A stretch of 64,000 nucleotides of DNA from Myxococcota bacterium (lineage in GTDB: Bacteria; Myxococcota_A; UBA796; UBA2385), in the NCBI GenBank assembly GCA_044344255.1, contig JBIJDH010000020.1, positions 1 to 64,000 of the forward strand, in the 5' to 3' direction. The translations under genes and the position numbers were made by a program. Below, piece after piece: positions 38,043 through 49,732 of this stretch. Numbering within the stretch: the stretch's first letter is position 1; the number at the start of each line of letters is the position of its first letter. The notes beneath the pieces were generated by a model. The model saw only the letters and a program-made list of their open reading frames with translations, was not told the origin of the DNA and searched no databases.

Positions 38043-38827
38043 CCCGAAAGCCCCCCCCCATCCTGTTCTCTGCCTCCCCCAAGGCCCCCAAGGCAGCCTC
38101 GAAGGCCGCCCGGCCCAACACGCCCGCGCCGCCCCCCGTCGAGGAGGTCGACGACGACGAGCTCGATGAAGACGAGCTCGACGACGACGACCTCGACGAC
38201 GAAGACGAAGGCGAGGACGACGAGCTCGACGAAGACGATGAGCTCGACGAAGACGAAGAAGATGACGACGAGCTTGATGACGACGAGCTCGACGACGACG
38301 ACCTCGACGAGGAGGCCGACGCCTGGCAGGAGCTCGAAGGCGTGAACCCCGAGGGCGCCGAGGCCCTGGTCGAGGCCCGGGTCAAGCAGCCCTTGCCCGC
38401 CTCTGTCGAGCCCCTCGACCTCGTGCGCGCTGTCGTCGCCTCGGTGATCGACCGCGGCGCCGAGGAGATCGTGATCCTCGACCTCATCGGCCGCACCTCC
38501 TACTGCGACTACCTCGTGCTCTGTAACGGCACGAACGCCCGCCAGGTCTCGGCCATCGCCAGCCGGACCGTCCGCGCCGTGCGCGACCTCGGCGTCCGGC
38601 CGCTCGGCGTCGAGGGGCTGGACACCGGCCGCTGGGCCCTCATCGACCTCTCCGACGTGATCGTCCACGTCTTCGACGGCGCGATGCGCGGCTACTACGA
38701 CATCGACGGCCTCTGGGTCGACGCCCCCCGCTTGAGCGTGGAGAGCCTCGGCCTGACGCCCGCCCCCGCCCGCGAGCCGGAGGAAGACGAGGCCGAAGCG
38801 GACGACGACTGGATGGTAGACGGGTGA
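38039..38827 (+). CDS. rsfS: Ribosome silencing factor RsfS with long acidic N-terminal extension
   Basis: 'AEEIVILDL...SYCDYLVLCNG.NARQVSAI', 'VEG....WALIDLSDVIVHVF....RGYYDIDGLW'. Confidence 0.93.
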   Translation: MTRKPPPILFSASPKAPKAASKAARPNTPAPPPVEEVDDDELDEDELDDDDLDDEDEGEDDELDEDDELDEDEEDDDELDDDELDDDDLDEEADAWQELEGVNPEGAEALVEARVKQPLPASVEPLDLVRAVVASVIDRGAEEIVILDLIGRTSYCDYLVLCNGTNARQVSAIASRTVRAVRDLGVRPLGVEGLDTGRWALIDLSDVIVHVFDGAMRGYYDIDGLWVDAPRLSVESLGLTPAPAREPEEDEAEADDDWMVDG

Positions 38828-39309
38828 AGGTCACCCTCCATCGGGTCGGCAAGGGGCGCACCCCCTGGGCCGACGCCGCGGTGGAGGACTACCGGCGCCG
38901 CCTCGCCCGCTCGTTCGACTTCAGCGAGCAGCTCGATCGCCCCGAGCCCTTCAAGGGGGACGTCGAGCGCGTGAAGGCGGCGGAGGGCGCCCGCCTGCTC
39001 GCCGGCCTCCGGGAGGGGGATCGGCTCATCCCCCTCGACGAGCGGGGCGAGCAGGTGACGACGGAGCTCTTCTCGACCTGGATCGACGAGGCCGCCCGCG
39101 GCTCGGCGCGGCGCATGGTCTTCGCGATCGGCGGCCCCTACGGTCACCCGCCGGAGGTGCGAAAGGCCGCCTGGAAGGTGCTCGGCCTCTCTCGGATGGT
39201 GCTCAACCACGAGCTCGCCCGCGTGCTCCTCGTCGAGCAGCTCTACCGGGCGGGCACGCTCCTGTGGGGCGGGGCCTACCATCACGGGGGAGCGGAGCTC
39301 CCCGACTGA
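38824..39309 (+). CDS. rlmH: 23S rRNA (pseudouridine1915-N3)-methyltransferase
   Basis: 'LDERG', 'FAIGGPYG', 'LSRMVLNHELARVLLVEQLYRA', 'YH'. Confidence 0.96.
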   Translation: MKVTLHRVGKGRTPWADAAVEDYRRRLARSFDFSEQLDRPEPFKGDVERVKAAEGARLLAGLREGDRLIPLDERGEQVTTELFSTWIDEAARGSARRMVFAIGGPYGHPPEVRKAAWKVLGLSRMVLNHELARVLLVEQLYRAGTLLWGGAYHHGGAELPD

Positions 39310-39428
39310 GCCGCGCCGCCTCGGGGCCCCCGGCGTTGGCCCCACCCGGCCGACCGTCGGGCGGCCCCTGTACAGAGGCACGGGATGAATTAATCCCCTC
39401 GCCCCCCCTCCGCCGCCGGACGGACAGC

Positions 39429-39818
39429 ATGGTCGCCTGCCCCCTCTGCTCCACCTCCCTCGAAGACAGCGTCTTCGATGGTGTCCCCATCCAGGTCTGC
39501 GCCACCCACGGGACCTGGCTCGACAAGGGTGAGCTGCTGGCGATCACCGAGGAGGAGCGCTGGAAGCCGACCCTCTTCTGGGAGGAGCTCTTCCGCACCC
39601 AGTCCAAGCCCCCCCGCCGCGACGGCCGGCACCTGCCCTGCCCCCACTGCGCGCAGGTGATGGAGCCGATGCCCTACCACGGCGTGATCATCGACTGGTG
39701 CCGCGATCACGGCGTGTGGCTCGACTCGGGCGAGATGGAGGCCATCCTGAACAACCTCCGGCTCGACCCGAACTACATCCGCGGGGTCGCGCTCCGCGTC
39801 TCCGAGCGCGTGTTCTGA
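39429..39818 (+). CDS. Tandem zf-TFIIB-like zinc ribbon protein
   Basis: 'CPLC...C..HGTWLDKGEL' and 'CPHC...WC..HGVWLDSGEM'; start moved to MVACP. Confidence 0.85.
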   Translation: MVACPLCSTSLEDSVFDGVPIQVCATHGTWLDKGELLAITEEERWKPTLFWEELFRTQSKPPRRDGRHLPCPHCAQVMEPMPYHGVIIDWCRDHGVWLDSGEMEAILNNLRLDPNYIRGVALRVSERVF

Positions 39819-39861
39819 GCCGCGGCGCTCGCCGCCGAGCGCCACCGCCGAGCGTGTGCCC

Positions 39862-41246
39862 TCAGATGCCGCTCGGCCGCAGCGCCAGGGTCTGGCGATC
39901 GAGCTCCGGCACGCGCGCCGCCTCGGCGGCCCAGGTCGCAGGGCTCCAGAGGGCCTCCAGGGCCTCCACCGTGTGGCCCTGCTGCTCGACCCAGGTGAAG
40001 TACTTCTGGTTGTGCCAGCGGCGCCGCACCGGCATCGTGCCCTCCAGGACCATGTTCGGGCGCTGATCGTGGAAGATGCCGATCCGGCGCCGGGCGACCG
40101 CGTCGGTCTGCGGGCCGACGGTGGCGTCGAGGCGGCGCAGCACGCTCGGGTACCGGTCGAAGTTGTCGGTGGCCGCCGTGAACAGCAGCTCCCCTTCGCC
40201 CATGTCGTAGTAGTGGGCCGTCTGGATGGCCGCGAGGATGTTGCACATCGCGCTGACGCCGAAGGTGCCGCGCATGCAAGACAGCGGCCCCGGATCGAGG
40301 CCCAGGGCGGCAGCGAGCGTGTCCTGGCCCTCTTCGACGAGCTGAAGCGCCTCCAGGCACTGCTGATCATCTACACAGACGAGGAGGTCTGTGTTGCGGA
40401 CATTGTGGATCCAGGTGACGTGCTTGTCGCCGATCCCCTCGATGGCGTGCGACCCATAGCCCACGTTGTAGAGGGTGGGGCACTGGACAGGTTCGACCGC
40501 GACCACCTTGGCGTCGGACCACTCGGCCTTGATGCGGTCCCCGGCGGCGATGGTGCCGGCGCTGCCCATCGCGCTCACGAAGGCGGCGATGCGCCCGTTG
40601 CCGATGCCCTCCGCCTGGAGCTCGCGGGCGAGCTCGACGGCGCTCCCGCCGGTGACGTGGTGATGGAAGCGGTAATTGCCCATCTCCGCGAACTGGTTGA
40701 GGATGCGGTTCTGGGGGTCGGCCCGGAGCTGGGCCACACGATCGTAGATCTCCTTGACGTTGGACTCCGAGCCGGGCGTCGCGTTGATCTCCGCTCCGTA
40801 GGCTCGGATCTTCTCGAAGCGCTCCGCGCTCATCTCGGCGGGCAGCACCACCAGGGAGCGGAAGCCGAGCCGCGGCCCGACCCAGGCCCCGCCGATGCCG
40901 AAGTTGCCGGTGGAGGGAAAGACGAGCGTGCTCCCATCCTGCACGATCTCACCCGAGACCAGCTTCTCCCGCGCGATGCTGTACGCCGGCCCCACCTTGT
41001 GGCTGCCGGTGGGGAAGTTGAGCCCGCACATCACGACGACGCTGGCCCGGGTGCCGGTGAGGGCCCGCGGCAGCACCATGTGGGTGACCGCCCCCACGCG
41101 ACCATCGGCGTGCAAACGACGCCAGGTCATGTCGAAGAGGTGGATGGGATCGAGCGGATCGGTCGACGCGCGGGCCCGGGCCCGGACGGCGGCCGGCTGG
41201 GTGGCGGGGTGGAGCAGCTCTTCGAGGGTGGGCAGCAGCGGCAGGC

Positions 41247-41250
<4 letters not shown>
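39862..41250 (-). CDS. PLP-dependent fold-type II enzyme (cysteine synthase/threonine synthase-like)
   Basis: 'FPTGSHKVG' (PLP Lys), 'PSTGNFGIG', 'MSAER', 'NQF', 'GSAGT', 'IEGIGDK'; start moved to MSLPLL (4-bp overlap). Confidence 0.88.
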
Positions 41251-43211
<1,961 letters not shown>

Positions 43212-43289
43212 GGTGGCCCATGATGCCAGACATCGCCGTCCGGGGCCACCGTTCGGCCGACCGCCGATGGACCGTGCTACGCTCCCGAG

Positions 43290-44021
43290 GTGCCCGTCTA
43301 TCGCCTCTCCGCCTCGCATGTGTTCCCACATCCCCGCTACGCAGAGCCCGACGGGCTGCTGGCCGTGGGCGGAGACCTGCATCCGAGGCGCCTGCTCCTC
43401 GCGTATGCCAACGGGATCTTCCCCTGGTACTCGCGGCGGCAGCCGATCCTCTGGTTCTCGCCCGATCCTCGCTTCGTGCTCGATCCGGCGCGGCTGCACA
43501 TCCCCCGCAGCCTGAAGAAGATCATCCGCCGGGGAGACTACGAGCTCCGCCTCGACACCGCCTTCGCCGAGGTCATCCGCGCCTGCAAGGATGCCCAGCG
43601 CCCGAACCAGCCCGGCACCTGGATCACCGACGAGATGGAGCGCGCCTACAACTCGCTGCACGCCCTCGGCCACGCCCACTCCGCCGAGGCCTGGGATCGC
43701 GACGGCGTGCTCGTGGGCGGCCTCTACGGCGTGTCCCTCGGCGGCCTCTTCGCCGGAGAGAGCATGTTCGCACGCGCGCCCGACGCCTCCAAGGTGACCT
43801 TCGTCGGGCTGGCCCGCCAGCTTCAGGCCTGGGGCTACGGCCTCATCGACAGTCAGGTGCACACCGAGCACGTCGCCCGCTTCGGCGGAGAGCACATCCC
43901 CCGGGAAGACTACCTCGCGCGCCTCGCCGAGCTCCTCACCGCCCAGCCTCGCTCGCCGGGGCTGCCGGGCCAGCCCGCGTGCTGGACCTTTGACGCAGGC
44001 TTCGATCCGCTCGCAGGTTAA
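43290..44021 (+). CDS. aat: Leucyl/phenylalanyl-tRNA--protein transferase
   Basis: 'GLLAVGGDL', 'AYANGIFPW', 'WFSPDPR', 'TWIT', 'AHSAEAW', 'GGLYGV', 'GESMF', 'DASK', 'IDSQ'. Confidence 0.97.
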   Translation: MPVYRLSASHVFPHPRYAEPDGLLAVGGDLHPRRLLLAYANGIFPWYSRRQPILWFSPDPRFVLDPARLHIPRSLKKIIRRGDYELRLDTAFAEVIRACKDAQRPNQPGTWITDEMERAYNSLHALGHAHSAEAWDRDGVLVGGLYGVSLGGLFAGESMFARAPDASKVTFVGLARQLQAWGYGLIDSQVHTEHVARFGGEHIPREDYLARLAELLTAQPRSPGLPGQPACWTFDAGFDPLAG

Positions 44022-44053
44022 GCTCCGCCCCCAGCCTCACACCGTACGCTCCG

Positions 44054-44530
44054 ATGCACACACCCCGCCTGCCCGCCCCCGCGCCCGCCCTGGTGGACTT
44101 CGACGTCCCCGTCTGGCGCGGCCTCGTGCCGGCGCGGCTGCGGCCCCAGCTCGAGGCGGTGATCGCCGCCACCCTGCGCACCGGGAACGGCGATGAAGGC
44201 GTCGTCGGTCGCCTGCGAGACCTCCACCTCTCCGAGATCGATCGCGCTCGCCTGACGCTGGCCTGGCGCCTGTGGCGAGGCTGGGGCTCGGCCCTCGAGG
44301 TCCAGCAGCTCTGGGGGATCGATCGGGAGCTGCTCATCGAGGTGCTCTCGGCGATCGCCCACGCCGCCCGCCCCGAAGACGCCGGCAGCCTGCTCCGCGA
44401 GGCGGCCAGCCGCGCCGACGCCCTCCGAGAGGCGGCTGAGCTCGCCGAGGTCTCCGAGGGGCCCCTACCGGTGCCGCGCGCCGAGCCCTCCACGGGCAGC
44501 TTCAGTCCGCGAGCCCGATCGAGCCGATGA
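44054..44530 (+). CDS. Hypothetical protein
   Basis: Fills the gap between aat and the convergent gene; GC3-biased codons. Confidence 0.6.
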   Translation: MHTPRLPAPAPALVDFDVPVWRGLVPARLRPQLEAVIAATLRTGNGDEGVVGRLRDLHLSEIDRARLTLAWRLWRGWGSALEVQQLWGIDRELLIEVLSAIAHAARPEDAGSLLREAASRADALREAAELAEVSEGPLPVPRAEPSTGSFSPRARSSR

Positions 44531-46277
44531 AGTAGGCCGCGCCGGCGTTGTCGGCGAGGTTGTCGTGCCCAGGAGCCCCGATCAGGAGGTCAGACAGGCC
44601 ATCGCCGTCGCTGTCCCCGAGGGCCGCCACCGACCAGCCGGCGTTGTCCCCGTCGACCTCGCCGATGAAGCCCGCCTGGGCGGTCTTGAGGTAGGCCGTG
44701 CCCTCCAGGGGGCCATGCATCAGGTAGGCCGCACCGGCGTTGAGGCCCCCCGAGTCTTCAATGTAAGCGCCCACGAGCACGTCGGGCTGGCCGTCGCCGT
44801 TGACGTCGCCGGGCGCGTCGACGGCGTTGCCGGCGTGATCCCACTCCGCCCGGCCGATGAGCACAGCCGCGGCCTCGGTCACGCTGTGCTCGCCGGTGAG
44901 CGGGCCGCGCATGAGGTAGGCCGCGCCCGCCCCCGTTCCACCGTCACCCTGGTCGGGGGCCCCGATGAGGAGGTCGTCATAGCCGTCGAGGTCGAGGTCG
45001 GGGGCGAGGCGGAGCGCCTGCCCGACGTGGTCGCCCTCGGCCTTGCCGGTGAGGATGGCGGCGGCCTCCGAGAGGGAGCGCTCCCCCACGACCGGCCCCT
45101 CGAAGACGTAGACCGCGCCGGCCCCGCTGGCCGAGCGGTCGCTCGAGTAGGCCGCCACCACGATGTCGTCGAGGCCATCGCCGTTGAGGTCTCCGCCGCC
45201 GTCGAGGCGCTGGGCGGCGTAGTCGGAGTCGAACTCCCCAGTGAGCTTGGCGGCGGCCGTGGAGAGGTTGATCGGGCCGGACAGCGGGCCGAGCAGGAGG
45301 TAGGCGCTGCCGGCGTTGATCGCGACGTCGCTGTCGTTCGGCGCGCCGACGAGGAGGTCGGGCTGGCCGTCGCCGTTGGTGTCGCCGGCGGCGGCGAGGC
45401 CGATGCCCGCCGCGTCTCCGGCGGTCTCCCCGTAGAGGATGGCGGTGGCGTGCTCCTCGCCGTAGTCCCCGCTCAAGGGCCCAGAGAGCAGGTAGATCGC
45501 CCCCGCGCCGTCGCCGGTGGTGTTCTCGCCGCGAGCGCCGATGGCGAGGTCGGCGTAACCGTCGAGGTCAAGGTCACCGGCGCCGGAGACCGAGTAGCCC
45601 GCGTCATCGCCGATGCTCTTGCCGAAGAAGGCCGCCTTGGCGGTGGTGGGGGTCAGCGCGACCAGCACCGGCCCCGAGAAGAGGTAGGCGACCCCGCCGG
45701 GCTCGACGCCGGGCGCCCCCACGAGCACGTCGGCGCGGCCGTCTCCGTCGAGGTCGCCCGGCCCGGCCACGCTGAAGCCGAGCTGGCCGTCGGCGTCGGC
45801 CCCGTCCATGCGGCCGTCGGCGCTGTCGAGCGGGCGGCAGGAGTTGGGGTCAGGGAGGTCGTCGCAGTCGTTGTCGATGCCGTCGCAGAGCTCCTCGGCC
45901 CCCGGCCAGGTGGCGGCGGAGGCGTCATTGCAGTCGTCGCCGTTCGGGACCGTGCCGGCCACGTTCGAACAGGCGTAGATCGGGGCGGAGCCGTCCCCGA
46001 AGCCGTCTTCGTCTTCGTCGGGGTACCACTCGGTGGCGACCCCCTCGTCCACCGCGCCGTCGCAGTCGTTGTCGACCGCGTCGCAGCTCTCGACGGCGTC
46101 GGGGTGGGTGCCCGGATCGAGGTCGTTACAGTCCTCCTCGGCGGAGAAGCCGTCCTGGTCTTCATCGATGACGACGGAGGACGACGCGCTCTTGCCACTC
46201 GAGGCCCCCTCGCAGCCGGAGAGCGCCAGCGAGAGCGCGACCGAGCAGAGGAGCAGGCGGAGGGCACTCGAGGGCAT
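44502..46277 (-). CDS. Lipoprotein with MopE-like Cys/Asp repeats and FG-GAP (integrin alpha-like) beta-propeller
   Basis: Lipobox 'LSGC'; two 'CD.xDNDCD' repeats; about 7 'GD(L/T/V)(D/N)GDG..D..VGAP' repeats. Confidence 0.92.
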   Translation of the reverse strand: MPSSALRLLLCSVALSLALSGCEGASSGKSASSSVVIDEDQDGFSAEEDCNDLDPGTHPDAVESCDAVDNDCDGAVDEGVATEWYPDEDEDGFGDGSAPIYACSNVAGTVPNGDDCNDASAATWPGAEELCDGIDNDCDDLPDPNSCRPLDSADGRMDGADADGQLGFSVAGPGDLDGDGRADVLVGAPGVEPGGVAYLFSGPVLVALTPTTAKAAFFGKSIGDDAGYSVSGAGDLDLDGYADLAIGARGENTTGDGAGAIYLLSGPLSGDYGEEHATAILYGETAGDAAGIGLAAAGDTNGDGQPDLLVGAPNDSDVAINAGSAYLLLGPLSGPINLSTAAAKLTGEFDSDYAAQRLDGGGDLNGDGLDDIVVAAYSSDRSASGAGAVYVFEGPVVGERSLSEAAAILTGKAEGDHVGQALRLAPDLDLDGYDDLLIGAPDQGDGGTGAGAAYLMRGPLTGEHSVTEAAAVLIGRAEWDHAGNAVDAPGDVNGDGQPDVLVGAYIEDSGGLNAGAAYLMHGPLEGTAYLKTAQAGFIGEVDGDNAGWSVAALGDSDGDGLSDLLIGAPGHDNLADNAGAAYFIGSIGLAD

Positions 46278-46320
46278 CGTCGTTCCAGGGAGAGGGAACA
46301 GTATACGTTAGGATGACCCG

Positions 46321-47667
46321 ATGGCGCTCCCCCCCGATCCCCTCTCCGAAGAGCACACCGACCCGCGGTCTCGGCGCTGGCGCGTGTTGCTGGTTCGCGT
46401 CGCCCCCGCCGCCTGGGACCGGTTCCATGAGTGGCTGCCCGGCCAGCGGAAGGTGGGCCGGGACGACCTGCCGCTCGTCGTGCGCGTCACCCGTGACCCC
46501 GCGGTCGCCGACTCCACCGCCGAGCGCCTCCGCGCGGCCGGCGGGGTCGTCGTCCTCGTCGAGGAGCCGAGCGAGGCCGCCACCAGCGCCTTCTGCCTCC
46601 AGCACCCCTCCCGCCTCGCGGCGCGGGCCTGTATCACCTGCGGTGCGCCCGTCTGCACAGACTGCCGCACGAGGTCCCACGGCGAAGAGCTCTGCTCCGC
46701 CTGCTTCGACCGCGGGCGAAGCCCTCGGAGGCGCGTTCGCCTGCGCCAGCTCTTCTCTGTCTTTCTGTTCGCGGTCTTCCTGTTCGAGGTCGCCCGTGTC
46801 TTCGCCGTCGACCGCGCCGCGACCGATCCCTTCGGCACCGTTCGTGTGGTCATCCTCCAGTTCGCGCCACCGGAGCTGCTCGACTCCCCCATCCTCCACC
46901 AGCTCAACGCGCTGCCAGGGCCCAACGTGTCCACCGCGTCGACCGCGTCGAAAGACCGGGTGGGCCGCTCTCTCCACGACATCGGCCCCTGGTTCAACGA
47001 AGAGCGCAGCCGATACGGCGGGGTGGACCGGTCGTATCTCCAGGTCACCATCAAGGGTCCCTGGGGCCGCCGGGCCGAGCCCCCCGCCCTGGCCCTGCCC
47101 GACGACCCCCTGTGGAAGATCGCGGCCCAGAGCTGGCGGTACGCGCGGTACTTCCCTGGGCTCGCCCTCGATCACGGCGTCGACCTCGACGACTACGCGG
47201 TCCACGTCTTCGTGCTCTACACCGACCGCCCCGGCGACGTGGCCTCGGAGTCCCGCGGCTCCCGCGAGGCCCGACTCGCCGTGCCCTACATCCCGCTCCA
47301 GGAGCAGAACCCCGGCTACGCCGTGGTGACCGTCGCCCACGAGCTCGCCCACACCCTCGGCGCGGTCGACCTCTACGATCCCGACAGCGCGCTGGCCGAG
47401 TTTCCCCGCGGCTTCATCGACCCCTGGCAGGCCCCTCTCTACCCCCAGCCCTACGCCGAGCTGTTGGCGGTCGATCGGCCGGTCGCCCCCGCCAGCGAGG
47501 TCGAGGTGGGCGGCCTCCACCAGGTCCGCGTCGGCTACGCGACCGCAGCCCACATGGGCTGGATCGGAGAGGAGCAGGCTGACCTCTACTACTCCCCCGC
47601 CTCCGTCTCGCCGCCTCGGTCTCCGACGCCGGCCGGCCCCGCCCTCCCGACCGAGCCCGCCCCCTGA
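46321..47667 (+). CDS. Membrane protein with B-box-like zinc finger and C-terminal zincin metallopeptidase motif
   Basis: 'CLQHP.....CITC...VCTDC.......LCSAC', TM 'LFSVFLFAVFLF', 'VAHELAHTLGAVDLY'. Confidence 0.8.
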   Translation: MALPPDPLSEEHTDPRSRRWRVLLVRVAPAAWDRFHEWLPGQRKVGRDDLPLVVRVTRDPAVADSTAERLRAAGGVVVLVEEPSEAATSAFCLQHPSRLAARACITCGAPVCTDCRTRSHGEELCSACFDRGRSPRRRVRLRQLFSVFLFAVFLFEVARVFAVDRAATDPFGTVRVVILQFAPPELLDSPILHQLNALPGPNVSTASTASKDRVGRSLHDIGPWFNEERSRYGGVDRSYLQVTIKGPWGRRAEPPALALPDDPLWKIAAQSWRYARYFPGLALDHGVDLDDYAVHVFVLYTDRPGDVASESRGSREARLAVPYIPLQEQNPGYAVVTVAHELAHTLGAVDLYDPDSALAEFPRGFIDPWQAPLYPQPYAELLAVDRPVAPASEVEVGGLHQVRVGYATAAHMGWIGEEQADLYYSPASVSPPRSPTPAGPALPTEPAP

Positions 47668-47691
47668 GGCCCAAGGCGACCGGAGCCCCCC

Positions 47692-48591
47692 ATCGGACCC
47701 CGCTTCACCCTCGATCAGCTCGTCGTGCTCGACGCCATCGAGCGTACAGGCTCCTTCGCCGGCGCCGCCCGTGAGCTCCGGCGGGTGCCCTCGGCGGTCA
47801 GCTACACCGTCCGAACCCTCGAAGAGGCGCTCGGGCTGCCCCTCTTCGACCGAGCCTCCCAGCGAGCCGCCCTCACCCCCGCCGGCCGCCGCCTGCTCGA
47901 GGCCTCGGCGGAGGTGCTGCGCCGCGCCGAAGGCCTCGGGCAGCTCGCCGGTTCGCTGGCCGGCGGCTGGGAGCCGGAGCTCCGGGTGGTCGTCGACGGC
48001 GCCCTGCCAATGGCGCCCTTGACCCGCGCCCTCCGCGGCCTCGTCGAGCGTAAGATCCCCACCCGCGTCCAGCTCGACGTGGAGTACCAGGACGGGGTGC
48101 TCGACCGCTTCGAGGCCGAGCGGGCCGACCTCATGCTCGCCCTCGGCCTCGAGGACGGCGGTCGCCTCCAGGGGGCCCCGCTCCCACCCCTGCCGATGGT
48201 GCTGGTGGTCGGCGCCGGCCACCCCCTCGCGGCGGCCCGAGCGCTCGGCCCCGACGCGCTGCAAGAGCACGTCGACCTCGTGGTCAAGGACTCATCCCCC
48301 CGCTTCAGCCAGGAGCCGCGCCGGGCCTTCCTCGGCAGCCGCCACGTCATCCGCCTCTCCGACTTCCACACCAAGGGCCAGTGTATCGAGGCCGGCGTCG
48401 GCTTCGGCTGGATGCCCGAGCACCTCGTCGCCGAGGCCCTCACCGCCGGGCGCCTCGTCGTGGTCGACCTCCCCGGCGGAAACCGCTGGACCTACCAGCC
48501 CCAGCTCGTGAGCCGCCGGGGAGAGGCCCCCGGCCGAGCGCGGGCCCTCTTCACCGCCCTGCTCTGCGGCGGGGAGCATCCCATCCCCTGA
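47692..48591 (+). CDS. LysR-family transcriptional regulator (start uncertain; first canonical start is GTG 47725)
   Basis: 'FTLDQLVVLDAIERTGSFAGAARELRRVPSAVSYTVRTLEEALG..LFDR', 'GWEPEL', 'GVGFGWMP'. Confidence 0.9.
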   Translation: MGPRFTLDQLVVLDAIERTGSFAGAARELRRVPSAVSYTVRTLEEALGLPLFDRASQRAALTPAGRRLLEASAEVLRRAEGLGQLAGSLAGGWEPELRVVVDGALPMAPLTRALRGLVERKIPTRVQLDVEYQDGVLDRFEAERADLMLALGLEDGGRLQGAPLPPLPMVLVVGAGHPLAAARALGPDALQEHVDLVVKDSSPRFSQEPRRAFLGSRHVIRLSDFHTKGQCIEAGVGFGWMPEHLVAEALTAGRLVVVDLPGGNRWTYQPQLVSRRGEAPGRARALFTALLCGGEHPIP

Positions 48592-48594
48592 CCA

Positions 48595-48607
48595 TCAAAA
48601 TAGTTGA
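48595..48607. promoter_or_regulatory. LysR-type T-N11-A box TCAAAATAGTTGA
   Basis: AT-rich palindrome TCAA-N5-TTGA in a GC-rich background, just after the LysR stop and upstream of 48680. Confidence 0.6.
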
Positions 48608-48679
48608 CCATCATCAACGAAAGCCTCCGCTTTTCCTGATGGTGCCCCAGCGCTACGCTGTGGAGGACCCGGAGACCCC

Positions 48680-49699
48680 ATGCCCTCGACCGCCCCCCTC
48701 CCGCGATCCCCCCGCCTCGGCGCCTGGCTGCTGCCGCTCACGCTGCTCGTCGGGGCCTGCGGCTCTGACTTCGCCGTGGCCGGGGCCGGGAAGGACATGC
48801 CGGGGCGCGCCGAAGACACCGGCGCCGAGGGCGCGGACGGCGGGGGTGACGGTGGCGACGGCGGCGGCGAGACGGCCGACCCCGAGCCCACCGACAGCGG
48901 CGAGCCCGGCGGTGACACCGGCGACGGCACCCCCGACGACGACATCACACCCCCCGACGGCGACCCCGCCCCCGCCGACGACTGCACCGAGACCTCCGAC
49001 CTCATCTACGTGATCGAGCGCGACACGAAGGAGCTGATGCTCTTCGACCCCGCCGCGCAGGCCTTCACCACCCTCGGCAAGCTCACCTGCGGCGGCAGCG
49101 CCACGCCGGGCTCGATGGCGATCTCCCGCGACGGCCACGGCTTCGTGCGCTTCAGCGACAACCGCGTCTACGACGTCGACCTCGCCACGCTCGCCTGCAC
49201 CGAGACCGCCTACTCCGACCGCGACAGCGGCTTCGGCTCCTTCGGCATGGGCTACGCGACCAACGACAGCGAGACCTGGCGCGACACCCTCTACATCGCC
49301 AACGAGAGCCACCTCGCCACCCTCGACACCTCCACCTGGGCCGTCACCGACGTCGGGCGGATCCCGAGCCAGTCCGAGCTCAGCGGCAACGCCGCCGGCG
49401 AGCTCTGGGCCTTCCTCCCGCTCCAGACCCCCGCCCAGCTCGCCCGCCTCGACAAGACCACCGGAGAGGCCCTCGAGGTGATGCACCTCGACGCCTTCCC
49501 CGACGCGAGCGACCTCGACGCCTTCGCCTTCGCCACCTGGGGCGGACAGACCTACCTCTTCGTGCGGGTCTATGGCATGGGCGAGAGCACCGACGTCTAC
49601 GAGGTCAACGCCGCCGGCGACATGACCAAGATCCTCAATGACGTCGGCTTCGATGTGGTGGGGGCCGGCGTCTCCACCTGCGCCCCCACCGCGGCCTGA
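48680..49699 (+). CDS. Lipoprotein with acidic linker and beta-propeller-like domain
   Basis: GGAG RBS; lipobox 'VGAC'; C-terminal 'VVGAGVSTCAP'. Confidence 0.85.
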   Translation: MPSTAPLPRSPRLGAWLLPLTLLVGACGSDFAVAGAGKDMPGRAEDTGAEGADGGGDGGDGGGETADPEPTDSGEPGGDTGDGTPDDDITPPDGDPAPADDCTETSDLIYVIERDTKELMLFDPAAQAFTTLGKLTCGGSATPGSMAISRDGHGFVRFSDNRVYDVDLATLACTETAYSDRDSGFGSFGMGYATNDSETWRDTLYIANESHLATLDTSTWAVTDVGRIPSQSELSGNAAGELWAFLPLQTPAQLARLDKTTGEALEVMHLDAFPDASDLDAFAFATWGGQTYLFVRVYGMGESTDVYEVNAAGDMTKILNDVGFDVVGAGVSTCAPTAA

Positions 49700-49732
49700 G
49701 CCCGCGGCCCGGTCGACCCGGTCAGCCCCCGC

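Noticed and set aside
37894..38496. Poly-Ser minus-strand ORF
   Set aside because: Antisense reading of the GAC/GAA acidic tract of rsfS.
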